Positions 1-10,441 of a stretch of DNA of 64,000 nt are shown here, piece by piece. The position numbers and the translations under genes were made by a program. The stretch comes from Candidatus Dojkabacteria bacterium HGW-Dojkabacteria-1 (GTDB lineage: Bacteria > Patescibacteriota > Dojkabacteria > SC72): NCBI GenBank assembly GCA_002840365.1, contig PHAO01000001.1:367514-431513 (forward strand). Reading direction: 5' to 3'. The notes beneath the pieces are model-generated. The model was not told where the DNA came from, did no database searches, and saw only the letters and a program-made list of their open reading frames with translations. Position 1 is the stretch's first letter; every line of letters begins with the position of its first letter.

Positions 1-582
1 GTAGTTGAGACTCTAATTGCTTTTGCAAAAGAGGATTGGATGACCTCAGAAAGAGTACCCTTTGAATTAGAGGTTGATTTTCCACTGATAGCTGATTCAT
101 ATATTGTTTTAAGATTTGAAAAGAGTAATCCTTCTGGTTTAATAGAGAACTCTGATTATGCTGATTTACAAATTCTAGTTAAAACAGTAAATGAGGCTTT
201 GGAAGTAAAAGTCTACTTCCCAAATGAGAATATGGGGTCTACTTCAGATTGTACTCTTGTATATCCAGTAAACAGAACAATACCATATACTCAAGCAGTG
301 GGTCGGGCTGCCTTAGAGCAACTTTTCAAAGGTGTAACTACTGATGAAGAAGATTTTGGGTATTTTACAAATATTAATGAAGGAGTAAAGATACAGAGTT
401 TAACGATTTCTAATGGTATTGCTAGAGTCGATTTAAGTGAAGAATTAGAAAGAGAAGTTGGAGGTAGTTGTAGGGTTACAAGTATAAGGGAGCAGATTAA
501 TAGGACTTTAGGACAATTCTCAACTGTTGATACAGTAATCATTTCTGTAGATGGAAGAACAGAGGATATATTACAACCCTAA
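1..582 (+). CDS. Gmad2 Ig-like + GerMN domain protein, 5'-partial
   Basis: Frame is open from base 1. DWMT..VPF..NPSG Gmad2-like motifs are followed by GerMN motifs (AALEQLF.G, GGSCRV..IR.QI..TL.QF.TV..V.I.VDG). Confidence 0.8.
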   Translation, partial: VVETLIAFAKEDWMTSERVPFELEVDFPLIADSYIVLRFEKSNPSGLIENSDYADLQILVKTVNEALEVKVYFPNENMGSTSDCTLVYPVNRTIPYTQAVGRAALEQLFKGVTTDEEDFGYFTNINEGVKIQSLTISNGIARVDLSEELEREVGGSCRVTSIREQINRTLGQFSTVDTVIISVDGRTEDILQP

Positions 583-2003
583 GATTGATTCTCCTCTAAT
601 GCTTTAGCAGCGTTAAGTATTGTTTGTTCATCAAGGTGTTTTCCAATAAATTGTATTCCAGTTGGCATATTTTCTGATATTCCATTTGGTATGGAAATAC
701 CTGGTAATCCTGCCTCAGAGCTGCCTTCTGCTAAGATATCTGCTATTTCTCCAAAAAGTGGGTTGTCAGCATCTTTTTCGTGTAAAGCTATGGAAGGTGT
801 TGTTGGAGATACTATACAGTCGTACTCTTTTAATATTTTGTCTAAGTCTTCTTTAATTAATTGTCTTACCTGTTCAGATTTTTTAAAGTATTCATCTGCA
901 TATCCAGCAGAGAGAGAGTATGTACCTGTCATTATCCTTCTTTTAGGTTCCTGTCCTAGACCTTCGCCTCTTGTGGATTCATAGTATGTTTTTACACTTG
1001 ATTTGTCTTTTCCTTCTAATCCATATCTTGTTCCATCATATCTTGCAAGATTTGATGATACTTCACTTCTACAGGTAATTGTATATACAGCCATTGCGAA
1101 TTTTGGATCTAATATATTCACATATTCTATAACTGCTCCAAGCTTTTTAAGTATATTTATACTTTTTTCAAAGTTAGTAACAACTCCTGATTCAAGTTCT
1201 AACTCTAGGTATTCTTTGGGTATAGCTAATTTCATACCTTTTATCTTTGATGGATTTAGTTGGGATAGATAGTCAGGTGTTGACTCTTTGTATGTAGTGA
1301 AATCTTTTGGATCATATCCAGCTATTACAGAAAGGATTAATGCACTATCCTCAACACTCTTTACTAATGGTCCTGGGCTATCAAGAGAAGAGCCCATTGC
1401 TAATACACCATATCTTGATACTCTCCCATATGTTGGTTTAAGCCCAACTATTCCACACCATGAAGCAGGGAGTCTAATGGAGCCTGCGGTTTCTGTTCCA
1501 ATCGCTCCTGCGCAAAGATCTGCAGCAACTGCTGCTGAAGAACCACCAGAGGAACCCCCTGGTAATCTTTCAAAATCAAATGGATTTTTTGTTCTTCCAT
1601 AGTAGGAAGTTATTGTTGATGAACCATGGCAAAACTGATCAAGATTGGTCTTACCAAGAAGTATGCTTCCTTCTTTCAGTAGTCTTTTTGTTACTGTTGA
1701 TTCATATACTGGTCTGTATCCATCAAGTATATGAGAGGCTGCTGTTGTTAGCCTATCTTTAGTAGAAAAGATATCTTTTACTGCGATTGGAATACCGCCT
1801 AGTTTCTTTTGTACTTCTGTTTCAAAATGGTTATCAAAATTCTTTGCTTCACTTAGAGCATCTTCTTTGAATACTGTAATGTAAGAATTCAATTCTTTGT
1901 CTTTCTCTTCTATCTTTCCTAGGTAATATTTCACTAGTTCTTCCGCTGAGAATTCTTTCTTCAGTAACTTCTCTCTTATCTGTACAATACTTAAATTTTC
2001 CAC
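579..2003 (-). CDS. gatA: Asp/Glu-tRNA amidotransferase subunit A
   Basis: Amidase signature PGGSSGGSSAAVA, GTETAGSIRLPA, SSNLARYDG, KRRIMTGTY. Confidence 0.96.
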   Translation of the reverse strand: MENLSIVQIREKLLKKEFSAEELVKYYLGKIEEKDKELNSYITVFKEDALSEAKNFDNHFETEVQKKLGGIPIAVKDIFSTKDRLTTAASHILDGYRPVYESTVTKRLLKEGSILLGKTNLDQFCHGSSTITSYYGRTKNPFDFERLPGGSSGGSSAAVAADLCAGAIGTETAGSIRLPASWCGIVGLKPTYGRVSRYGVLAMGSSLDSPGPLVKSVEDSALILSVIAGYDPKDFTTYKESTPDYLSQLNPSKIKGMKLAIPKEYLELELESGVVTNFEKSINILKKLGAVIEYVNILDPKFAMAVYTITCRSEVSSNLARYDGTRYGLEGKDKSSVKTYYESTRGEGLGQEPKRRIMTGTYSLSAGYADEYFKKSEQVRQLIKEDLDKILKEYDCIVSPTTPSIALHEKDADNPLFGEIADILAEGSSEAGLPGISIPNGISENMPTGIQFIGKHLDEQTILNAAKALEENQS

Positions 2004-2037
2004 AAGGTCTATTCCTTAGATTAACAACTGAATTCTA

Positions 2038-3297
2038 TCAGAATTTAAGAAATGTTAAAACTAAAAATATACATAACAAGGGTAAAAGTGTACCAAGTAT
2101 TACTTGAGGATATGTATGTCTTTTGAGTTCAACTCTAGACCAAGCCATGAATGGAAGTAAAGCAAGTAGTAAGTATGTGTATTCATTATTTAGAAGGTAT
2201 ATTACGATGAAAATTGAAAGAGTACTCCATATCATATGATAACTAATTTTCCAAAAGAGGGTAATTAGTAATCCAAATATGAATGTTAGATTAACAATCA
2301 AATATATTATTATTAATGTACTATTACCTAAATATATACTTGTAATTAGTGATATTAAGAGACTTGCTAATATTGTCAAGAAAAGCCTAGGTCTTTCCTC
2401 TCTCTTAGTTACATTTATATCCGATGTTATACCAAGGACATTAAAAAGCATTATCACAGAAATTGGGACTAAGAAAGTAAAGGTAATTAGTACCAGTAAT
2501 GGTAAGGGTGGGAGTTGTGTATGTATACCAAAGGTTATAGCTGCAAATATTATTAGTCCAATCATAACGATTTTTGAGAAAAAATTTGCAATAGCTTTTT
2601 TATATTTCATATCAAGTAGGTTAAGAATTAAAAGAGTTCCGATAATAAAGAATATACCAGAAAAGAAATCTGAGGTTTCTATACCCATTATATACTCCCT
2701 ATCTATTCTAATGGTATTCATGAGTAACCTTATCATTGCATACCCTATGAAATATATTCCTGTTAAGAGACCTTTCTGTTGCGAAGAGGTCTTTAAAAGA
2801 GCAAAGAACAGAAGAAGTAAAAGAAGTGATTCATAAAGGAAGACAGGATGAAATGTCTCATATGATTCATACCCTGTTAATCTCTTTTCTAATGGAATCT
2901 CTATTGCCCATGGTAATTGAGATGGTTTTCCGTACAATTCATTGTTAAAGTAATTTCCAATTCTCCCTATGGCTTGTATTAATGGAAGAAATACTAAAAG
3001 AGTATCGGAAAGTTTAATTAATGGAGCATTCTTTCTTAACGAAATTATCCATAGGGCTAAGAGTATACCCAAGAGGGCTCCGTAGAAAGCTAAACCACCG
3101 TTCCAAATATTTAAAATTCTCACTGTTCCTTCCTGTATCCCTTCTATATTATGTAAAAGAAATACTATTCTTGCACCAAGTAGAGCGAGCAAGCCAATGA
3201 AAAGATATTCTAAATATGAAAAAAGGTTTGTTTTCTTTCTTAGAAGTTCAATACCAAAAACAATTGCAATACCAATTATTAATCCATATATATTCAT
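2038..3297 (-). CDS. lgt: Prolipoprotein diacylglyceryl transferase fused to a PAP2-like membrane domain
   Basis: N-half has GGLAFYG, QAIGRIGNYFNNELYG, HPVFLYES. C-half has KISYH and WSRVELKRHTYPQVILG (PAP2 motif). Confidence 0.85.
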   Translation of the reverse strand: MNIYGLIIGIAIVFGIELLRKKTNLFSYLEYLFIGLLALLGARIVFLLHNIEGIQEGTVRILNIWNGGLAFYGALLGILLALWIISLRKNAPLIKLSDTLLVFLPLIQAIGRIGNYFNNELYGKPSQLPWAIEIPLEKRLTGYESYETFHPVFLYESLLLLLLFFALLKTSSQQKGLLTGIYFIGYAMIRLLMNTIRIDREYIMGIETSDFFSGIFFIIGTLLILNLLDMKYKKAIANFFSKIVMIGLIIFAAITFGIHTQLPPLPLLVLITFTFLVPISVIMLFNVLGITSDINVTKREERPRLFLTILASLLISLITSIYLGNSTLIIIYLIVNLTFIFGLLITLFWKISYHMIWSTLSIFIVIYLLNNEYTYLLLALLPFMAWSRVELKRHTYPQVILGTLLPLLCIFLVLTFLKF

Positions 3298-5516
3298 GTT
3301 TTTAATAAAGGTGATTTATCTTTATTCTCTATTATAACTAATCTGTGAAGGGCTCTTGTTACAGCTACATAGAAGAGTCTTGTTGAAAGTTCTGTATCTG
3401 GATATGTATCTTTGTTTACATCTAAAATTATAACTGTATCGAACTCTAATCCTTTTGCATCTTCAACTGTTAATATGAGTAGTCCTGTTTTGTAGTCACT
3501 TATTGTGTAATCAACAATATCCCTCTCTAGATATCCCTCATATTCAATTAATTTTTCATATGTTTGTTTGGTATGTTCTTTGTCTTTGCATATTAGAGCA
3601 CATGTTACAGAACCTTTCTCGAATTCTTTTTTCATCATATCAACTAAATTCTTAGTCTCTTTTTTGCTTAAATCTTTGATTCCCTCCCTATGTTCAATCA
3701 CCCTTATATCCTCACCATGTCTTAATACAGCTTCCGGTAATTTGTAGCTTTTAGGAAATCTTTCTCTAAATATTTTGTTTGCATATTCAATTATCTCTAA
3801 GGTTGTTCTGTAACATCTGTTTAGTTGATGATACGAGTATTTTCCTAACTCCCATTTTTTAAAAAGTTCTATAACCTGTTCCCAATCTTTTATGTAAAAG
3901 GGAGGTATTACTGATTGTGCTAAATCTCCAGCTATTGTTACATTTTGTTTCTTAGCTATCTGAAGTAGCGTAAGTATTTGAACTAGACTTAAATCTTGAG
4001 CTTCATCAATCATTACATATTCTTTTTCATGTTCCTTGTGTCCATGTATTTTTAAGTGTAAATATACAATTGGAGCCAAATCTTCCATTCTGTAAGTTTT
4101 CTGTTTTCCTGATCGAGATACTCCCTCAAGTGTATATTTTGCAATATCCTTTTTTACATATCCCTTCTTAAACATATTTCTGTATATCTCTATAGGGAGT
4201 GTTGAGGTTTCAAAATATTTTGATATTTCTTTTTTCTTTTGTAAGTCAACATCATGGGTATCAGTAATATATCCTGTTCTTCTTTCTCTAAATTGTTTTT
4301 GTGCAAAAGCATATTCCAAAGAAAGATTTAATCTCTCGTCCATTGTTATGTATGGATATGTCTGTTTAAGTTCGTAATATCTTCTTCTTACAACATCTTT
4401 TCTGGAGTATGGAATATTTTCTAACAAATCGGATTCAAATTCTTCGAAATATGAATCTAAGATATCTATGTATTCTAAGGAACCTTTATACTCTTTTATT
4501 TCTAAGTCTTCTTTTGATGGATGGAGAATGTATGAATTATCCCAACCTAGGATGTTTTTTGCCCAGAACATATATGTATTTGTTTCAACACTATCTACTC
4601 CTAAACTTGGAAGTACATCTGCAATGTAATCTAAAAACATTTTGTTTGGGCCGATGATTAAACTTTTTTCTGGTCTAATCTTTTCTTTGTAAGTATAGAA
4701 AAGGTAGGCTAATCTATGGAGTAGTATTGTTGTTTTTCCACTACCAGCAACTCCTTGTATGATGACAGGTTTGTCTATTTCTTCTCTAATTATATTGTTT
4801 TGTTGGGCTTGTATTGTAGCTACAATATCTTTTAGTTTTTGTCCTAACCTTTGATTAAGTTGTGCCAGTAAAAATTCATCTGCTGCAATATTTCCTGTTT
4901 TAGCATCATATATATGTTTAAATCTCGCTTCTGAGATATTAAATTGTCTTTTCTGAACTAAATTACCCTCTTTAATTCCACTTGGTGTTTCATATGTAAG
5001 GTTGTTTGTAGGACCACTATTTTCATAGTAGATGTTGGCAATTGGAGCTCTCCAATCACTTATTAAGGGCTTAAATGTTTCCTGATCCATTAATGCAAAT
5101 TTACCAATGTATATTGGTAAGATTCTGTTTTCTCCATTTAATTTGGTCTCAAATACTATCTTTCCAAAGTATGGAGTATCAAGTTTTATCAATTCTCTAT
5201 TTATTCTCTCAATACACTCCTCGATACTTTTAAGTATTTTATTGTATATTCCTACAGCATCCTTTCTTGCATCTAGGTCTGTTTCCATTTGTATTGCTTT
5301 TACTTGCTCCTCAAGTTCAAGTTCCAAATCCTTCAATCTCTTTATCATCTTGTTTGATGTAAAAGCATTAATGTCAGTAACAAGCTCTAAGTGAGGATAT
5401 TCTTCCTTCTCTGTATTGGTTTGCGGAATAACTTTACTAAAATCGTTTATCTCATCTACCCGTGTGTATATTGGGTTTAATTCTTTAGAGAATGTTTGCA
5501 TTTGCATCAGAGGCAA
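3294..5516 (-). CDS. helD: HelD-like SF1 (UvrD family) ATPase
   Basis: PYFGKI, DWRAPIA, IVATIQ..QN.IIR, QGVAGSGKTT, DEAQD, GDLAQ, KGLEFD, YVAVTRA. The real start may be the ATG at 5507 or 5501. Confidence 0.85.
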   Translation of the reverse strand: MPLMQMQTFSKELNPIYTRVDEINDFSKVIPQTNTEKEEYPHLELVTDINAFTSNKMIKRLKDLELELEEQVKAIQMETDLDARKDAVGIYNKILKSIEECIERINRELIKLDTPYFGKIVFETKLNGENRILPIYIGKFALMDQETFKPLISDWRAPIANIYYENSGPTNNLTYETPSGIKEGNLVQKRQFNISEARFKHIYDAKTGNIAADEFLLAQLNQRLGQKLKDIVATIQAQQNNIIREEIDKPVIIQGVAGSGKTTILLHRLAYLFYTYKEKIRPEKSLIIGPNKMFLDYIADVLPSLGVDSVETNTYMFWAKNILGWDNSYILHPSKEDLEIKEYKGSLEYIDILDSYFEEFESDLLENIPYSRKDVVRRRYYELKQTYPYITMDERLNLSLEYAFAQKQFRERRTGYITDTHDVDLQKKKEISKYFETSTLPIEIYRNMFKKGYVKKDIAKYTLEGVSRSGKQKTYRMEDLAPIVYLHLKIHGHKEHEKEYVMIDEAQDLSLVQILTLLQIAKKQNVTIAGDLAQSVIPPFYIKDWEQVIELFKKWELGKYSYHQLNRCYRTTLEIIEYANKIFRERFPKSYKLPEAVLRHGEDIRVIEHREGIKDLSKKETKNLVDMMKKEFEKGSVTCALICKDKEHTKQTYEKLIEYEGYLERDIVDYTISDYKTGLLILTVEDAKGLEFDTVIILDVNKDTYPDTELSTRLFYVAVTRALHRLVIIENKDKSPLLKT

Positions 5517-5599
5517 ATTTATGGCATGGGCATTTTACATTATACTTATGACTCTGTCTATATACTTTTCAAAAGATGTAGAGCTTTGTATTATTAATT

Positions 5600-6133
5600 A
5601 TGAATGCATCTTTAAAAGTAATTTTGTATATATTTTTTGTAGCAGTTATTTTTTACTTTGTTCAGGATAACTTGGGGATATTTGATATCTCTTTTAAACA
5701 AAAAGAAGAGCAGGAGAATGTACAAAATGAAGAAGTAAACAAACAGAGTACAGTAGAAATATACAATGAGGATGGTGATTCAATGATTGTAAAGGTTGAT
5801 TTAGCTCAAACAGATGATCAAAGGAGAATGGGTTTGTCTGGTAGAAAAAGTTTAGGAGATTATGAAGGAATGCTTTTTGTTATGGATGAAGTAGGAACAT
5901 ATGCCTTTTGGATGAAGGATATGTTAATACCATTAGATATTATTTTCATAGATAGTAAATTCTTTATTGTAGATATAAAGGAGGATGAACAACCCTGTGG
6001 TAGTGGATACTGTCCTAGCATATATTCCGATGTTCCATTTCTGTATGTGTTGGAGGTCAACGCTGGCTTTGCAAAAGCTAACAGAGTTGTAGTTGGTAAT
6101 AGTATGGTATTTAATATATCATCTAGTTTATAG
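5600..6133 (+). CDS. DUF192 family protein with N-terminal membrane anchor
   Basis: GLSGR, GMLF, FWMKDMLIPLDIIFID, YVLEVNAG. Confidence 0.9.
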   Translation: MNASLKVILYIFFVAVIFYFVQDNLGIFDISFKQKEEQENVQNEEVNKQSTVEIYNEDGDSMIVKVDLAQTDDQRRMGLSGRKSLGDYEGMLFVMDEVGTYAFWMKDMLIPLDIIFIDSKFFIVDIKEDEQPCGSGYCPSIYSDVPFLYVLEVNAGFAKANRVVVGNSMVFNISSSL

Positions 6134-6154
6134 TTAAGATTTTTCAAGTTACAA

Positions 6155-6775
6155 ATGATACAGACCTTTATAGATTGGCTAGTTAATATTATTACTACAT
6201 TAGGATATCCAGGAGTTGCTCTTTCAGTATTTATTGAAAGTTTCTTCGCACCAATACCCAGTGAAATTATTTTACCTTTTTCTGGATTTGTAGCTTCTAC
6301 GGGTGCACTTAACATATATTTAGTTATTACAGTTGCTACAATTGCAGCATACCTAGGTACTCTTCCTTTTTACTTTATAGGAAGATGGGGAGAGAAGTTT
6401 GTTACAAAGTTTTTAGATAGATATGGTAAATACTTATTTATCGACAGAGAAGAGGTAGATTGGGCGTTTGGCTTGTTTGAAAAGCATGGAAAAAAGATTG
6501 TATTACTTGGTAGGTTAATTCCAATTGTTAGGTCATTGATTTCATTTCCAGCTGGAGTAGCGAAGATGGATTTTTTTGTTTTTAGTATTTTTACATTGAT
6601 AGGGGCTCTTATGTGGAATACAATTCTTACATATTCTGGATATTTGTTAGCTGATAACTGGGAAGTGGTAGGTGAGTTCATTGCAAAATATGAAAAGATA
6701 ATACTTGGTGTATTTGTAGTAGTATTTGTTTTGTATCTTTTGAGAGGATATTTAAAAAGGAGAAGGGCTAAATAA
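6155..6775 (+). CDS. dedA: DedA family membrane protein
   Basis: ESFFAPIPSEIILPFSG, GRLIPIVRSLISFPAG. Confidence 0.92.
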   Translation: MIQTFIDWLVNIITTLGYPGVALSVFIESFFAPIPSEIILPFSGFVASTGALNIYLVITVATIAAYLGTLPFYFIGRWGEKFVTKFLDRYGKYLFIDREEVDWAFGLFEKHGKKIVLLGRLIPIVRSLISFPAGVAKMDFFVFSIFTLIGALMWNTILTYSGYLLADNWEVVGEFIAKYEKIILGVFVVVFVLYLLRGYLKRRRAK

Positions 6776-8303
6776 CGCTTTTTAGAAGACTTACTCCAGT
6801 CATATCCGAAGGAGTGGGAATCCCCATTATATCCAATATAGTTGGAGTAATATCTTTTAATGCTCCATATTGAAGATTTCTTGGAGGAATATTTAATCCT
6901 GGTATCATTATTGGTACAGGATTAAGAGAATGTTCAGTATCTATTTCACCATTATCTAGATTTATTAATTCTTCAGCATTACCATGGTCAGAGGTAATAA
7001 TGACGGCACCTCCTCTTACTGTAAATGCTCTTACCAAGTCAGCAACACAACTATCCACTACCGAGATGGCTTTCATGGTGGCTTCCATGTTTCCTGAGTG
7101 TCCTACCATATCTGGGTTTGCATAATTTACAACTATAAAATCATAGAGGTTGGACTCGATTTTACTAATGAGGTTTGTAGTCATCGGTATAGCACTCATT
7201 TCTGGCCTTAAATCATATGTTGGTACTGATGGGGATGGAATTTCTATTCTTTCTTCATTTGAATATCTAATAGGAGCCCCACCATTGAAAAAGTATGTTA
7301 CATGGGGGAATTTTTCTGATTCTGCAATTCTTAATTGTCTTAGTCCATGTGAAGCTAATATGTTACCAAGGGGGAAGTTAATATATTGTTTTGGGAAAAG
7401 TACTTTGGGAGGAAAATTCTTTCTGTATTCAACCATACTAGCAAAATATATTGGATATATATTACATCGCTTACACTCAGAAAAGTTACTATCTACCAAA
7501 GCCCTTGTTAATTGTAATGCCCTATCTGGTCTAAAGTTAAGGAAAAGTACAACATCTCTAGGTTTTATTTGACTATTAGGAACTATAACGGTTGGTTCTA
7601 CAAACTCGTCCGTTATTTTGTTTGCATATGATATCTCAATACATTGCTTGTATGTACCACAAGTATTACCAGTATTTTGTGTAATCAAATCATATGCTCT
7701 TTGTGTTCTATCCCAATTACCATTTCTATCCATTGCCCACGCCCTTCCACAAATGGTCGCTATTTGTCCTAAACCTGTTTGATTCATTACCTCTTGTATT
7801 TGATCTAGGTATCCTTCTGCTGAGTTTGGTGGAGAGTCTCTTCCATCAGTAAATGCATGTAAGAAAAGTTCTCCATTAAAATTATTTTGTGAAAAGAATC
7901 TTATAGTTGCTTTTATATGTTCAATATGTGAGTGAACACTTCCATCACTAGTAAGACCGAGTAAGTGAACCCTTGATTTCGATTTCTGTGCATATTTTAG
8001 TGCTTCAAGAAGTGTCGCGTTCTTAAAGAACAGCCCCTTTGATATTGATTGATCTATTCTAGGTAATGTTTGAACTATTACTCTTCCTGCACCTATATTC
8101 ATATGTCCTACCTCACTATTACCTTTTACATCTTTAGGAAGTCCTACAGACTCTCCAGAGGCTAACAGGTATGTATGAGGAGAGGTACTCCAAAGGGAGG
8201 CTAAATTATGAGGGTTAGCTTTTACTACCGCATTACCTTCTGAATCTGGTGCAGCTCCTAATCCGTCTAATATTATGAGTAAGACTTTCTGTTTAATTTT
8301 CAT
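6768..8303 (-). CDS. gpmI: 2,3-bisphosphoglycerate-independent phosphoglycerate mutase
   Basis: LIILDG, GNSEVGH, DGRD, NFRPDRA, ESEKFPHVTYFFNG, NPDMVGHSG, DHGNAE. ATG at 8303 chosen as start. Confidence 0.96.
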   Translation of the reverse strand: MKIKQKVLLIILDGLGAAPDSEGNAVVKANPHNLASLWSTSPHTYLLASGESVGLPKDVKGNSEVGHMNIGAGRVIVQTLPRIDQSISKGLFFKNATLLEALKYAQKSKSRVHLLGLTSDGSVHSHIEHIKATIRFFSQNNFNGELFLHAFTDGRDSPPNSAEGYLDQIQEVMNQTGLGQIATICGRAWAMDRNGNWDRTQRAYDLITQNTGNTCGTYKQCIEISYANKITDEFVEPTVIVPNSQIKPRDVVLFLNFRPDRALQLTRALVDSNFSECKRCNIYPIYFASMVEYRKNFPPKVLFPKQYINFPLGNILASHGLRQLRIAESEKFPHVTYFFNGGAPIRYSNEERIEIPSPSVPTYDLRPEMSAIPMTTNLISKIESNLYDFIVVNYANPDMVGHSGNMEATMKAISVVDSCVADLVRAFTVRGGAVIITSDHGNAEELINLDNGEIDTEHSLNPVPIMIPGLNIPPRNLQYGALKDITPTILDIMGIPTPSDMTGVSLLKSVI

Positions 8304-8406
8304 GGCAGTTTTTAACAATACATTGTGGCATAATTTCGGAAATTATTCTATAATAGCCGGTGCATAATTATTTTTATTGCGCTTTTTATATATTACAACA
8401 AAAGAT

Positions 8407-8832
8407 ATGGATATAAATATAATGAAGAAAATTGGTGGAGATCAACTTAAGAAGAGACCAGATGTTAAGGTTGGTGATACAGTAAAGTTACATATGAAGA
8501 TTAGAGAAGGAAGTAAGGAAAGAATTCAGATTTTTGAAGGAGTAGTAATGTCTTTGGGTTCTTCTGGAATAAATCAAACTGTTACTGTAAGAAAGATCTC
8601 TTATGGTATTGGTGTTGAGAGAGTTGTACCTATGCATTCAAATCTTTTAGAAAAGATTGAGGTTGTTAAGAGAGGTTCTGTAAAGAAATCAAGACTTTTC
8701 TATCTTAGAGATAGAGTTGGAAGAAGGGCTCTAAAAGTTGGTAATGTAAAGGATTTGTATCTAACTGATGAAGTAGAAGTACCAGAGGTAGGAGAACAAG
8801 AAGAGGTTGTAAAAGAGGAAACTGAAGAGTAA
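8407..8832 (+). CDS. rplS: 50S ribosomal protein L19
   Basis: GDTVK..KIREG.KERIQIFEGVV, TVRKISYGIGVER, LFYLRDR. Confidence 0.96.
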   Translation: MDINIMKKIGGDQLKKRPDVKVGDTVKLHMKIREGSKERIQIFEGVVMSLGSSGINQTVTVRKISYGIGVERVVPMHSNLLEKIEVVKRGSVKKSRLFYLRDRVGRRALKVGNVKDLYLTDEVEVPEVGEQEEVVKEETEE

Positions 8833-8844
8833 AATCTACTCAAT

Positions 8845-8920
8845 GCAGGAGTAGTTCAATGGTTAGAATGTCTGTTTTCCAAACAGAGGGTTGCGGGTTC
8901 GAGTCCCGTCTCCTGCTCCA
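8845..8920 (+). tRNA. tRNA-Gly(TCC)
   Basis: Acceptor GCAGGAG/CTCCTGC; anticodon arm TCTGT-TT TCC AA-ACAGA; GGTTCGAGTCC T-arm; CCA encoded. Confidence 0.95.
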
Positions 8921-8966
8921 TATCCCCAATAGATGAAATTTTCCCGTATCTGCGATATAATTAGGC

Positions 8967-9521
8967 ATGATAAACGGAGGAGAGGACTTTTTTAAAGATA
9001 AAAATGACGATTACAGTTCGAGTGGCGGTAGATCTCCTATGAGAGATTTTCCATCAGATCGTGTTCCAATGATAGAAAAGATTTTCCAAGAAGTTTTAGG
9101 TAGAAAACCAAGTAGTAGAGAGCTTTCTTACTACAAGTATGGTGCAATGTCAGAGGATGATATTCGTATTAAGTTACTAACTTCTGATGAACACAAAAAG
9201 GTGTTAGAAGATGCATCAAAGCTTAGTGGAGTTGAAGATCAACTTAAGAATTCCCAATTAAATGAAAAACGATTAACTCAAAAGATAGAGGATTTAGATA
9301 ATCAAATTGCTGAAGGACATATTTTACTAACCGAGAAAAATAGCATTATTTCTGAGCTTAGAGAACAGGTAAAAAATCCTTACAATTTAGAAGAAAGAAT
9401 TGAAAGATATGAAGAAGGATTTGATGTATATTCTACACCTAAGATTGTAACTCAAGATATTCCAAGACAAAAATCGTTCAAAGAACTGCTTAAAGAATTT
9501 ATTAATATGTTAATTAAGTAA
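8967..9521 (+). CDS. Hypothetical coiled-coil protein
   Basis: 184-aa ORF with TATAAT 5 nt before the ATG. IFQEVLGRKP..REL resembles a DUF4214-type helical motif, followed by a heptad region. Confidence 0.7.
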   Translation: MINGGEDFFKDKNDDYSSSGGRSPMRDFPSDRVPMIEKIFQEVLGRKPSSRELSYYKYGAMSEDDIRIKLLTSDEHKKVLEDASKLSGVEDQLKNSQLNEKRLTQKIEDLDNQIAEGHILLTEKNSIISELREQVKNPYNLEERIERYEEGFDVYSTPKIVTQDIPRQKSFKELLKEFINMLIK

Positions 9522-9522
9522 G

Positions 9523-9831
9523 TTGTCTGTTAAAGATTTCAGTTCTAAATTAAAGAGTGCAAGACTTGAAAGCGGACTATCACAAAGAAGTCTAGGTTTG
9601 AGTATTGGCCTTTCTGATAAAACTATTAGTTCATATGAATCATCAAGATCATATCCTAGTTTGGAGATATTAAAGAAATTATCTGAAAAATTAAAAAAAC
9701 CAATAGGGTATTTCTTCTCAAGTGAGGAAGAAATTTCTTTACATGTTGAAATAGAGAAACTTACAAAGAAGAATCAGGAATTAGAGAAAGAAATCACTTT
9801 ACTTAGGGAAATAATTAATAGGGTGGAGTAA
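9523..9831 (+). CDS. XRE-family HTH regulator with C-terminal coiled coil
   Basis: LKSARLESGLSQRSLG..IGLS..TISSYES.RSYPS. Confidence 0.88.
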   Translation: MSVKDFSSKLKSARLESGLSQRSLGLSIGLSDKTISSYESSRSYPSLEILKKLSEKLKKPIGYFFSSEEEISLHVEIEKLTKKNQELEKEITLLREIINRVE

Positions 9832-10441
9832 GCCAAATTTTTAATCTTTTAACTACCTTGTCTGAAGATTTGTATACAAGGAAACCTCCAACAGCAAGTA
9901 TTATCAATCCAATTACAAACATTAACATAATACTTACTGAATATTCAGAATCTACAGGTTGAACAACAAGATTGTTACTTAGTGTAATTGTAGAACTTAC
10001 GCTATTTGTATAGTTTGTATTATATTCCCAAGCGATTACATTCGCAGTTACATCATATGAACCTTCTCTTTGTGGTTTAATGCTAACATTAAATTTGTAA
10101 GTTTGATCCTTTTGAAGATTTACAAATTCTCTGTGTGAGGTTCTAGCTTCTAGTGTAGATGGTAACTCCCAAAGAATTTGAGTTCTTTCAGAGTCTATTT
10201 TAGGTGTGATATACAGGGTAAATGGAATACTTTTATTTAATGGACTCTGTGTTCCTCTTATTAGCTCTAATTCAAAATATTTATTTGTACTAGTAACAGT
10301 TTTTTTCTCAGTATTTTCAACTACAACCGGTTTAGATTCACTCTCTGCAACATCTTCATCCACAACAACTTCTTGTGCAAAAGAATAAAGGGTTGATGTT
10401 AGTAAAATAATTGGTAAAAGAAGAAAGGATATTATTTTCAT
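9815..10441 (-). CDS. Exported beta-sandwich protein with C-terminal TM anchor
   Basis: Signal peptide ending SFA, beta-rich core, C-terminal hydrophobic helix. Confidence 0.7.
   Translation of the reverse strand: MKIISFLLLPIILLTSTLYSFAQEVVVDEDVAESESKPVVVENTEKKTVTSTNKYFELELIRGTQSPLNKSIPFTLYITPKIDSERTQILWELPSTLEARTSHREFVNLQKDQTYKFNVSIKPQREGSYDVTANVIAWEYNTNYTNSVSSTITLSNNLVVQPVDSEYSVSIMLMFVIGLIILAVGGFLVYKSSDKVVKRLKIWLTPPY

Noticed and set aside
8845-9831. Prophage or island at tRNA-Gly suggested by the XRE regulator
   Set aside because: No integrase, att duplication or phage genes.
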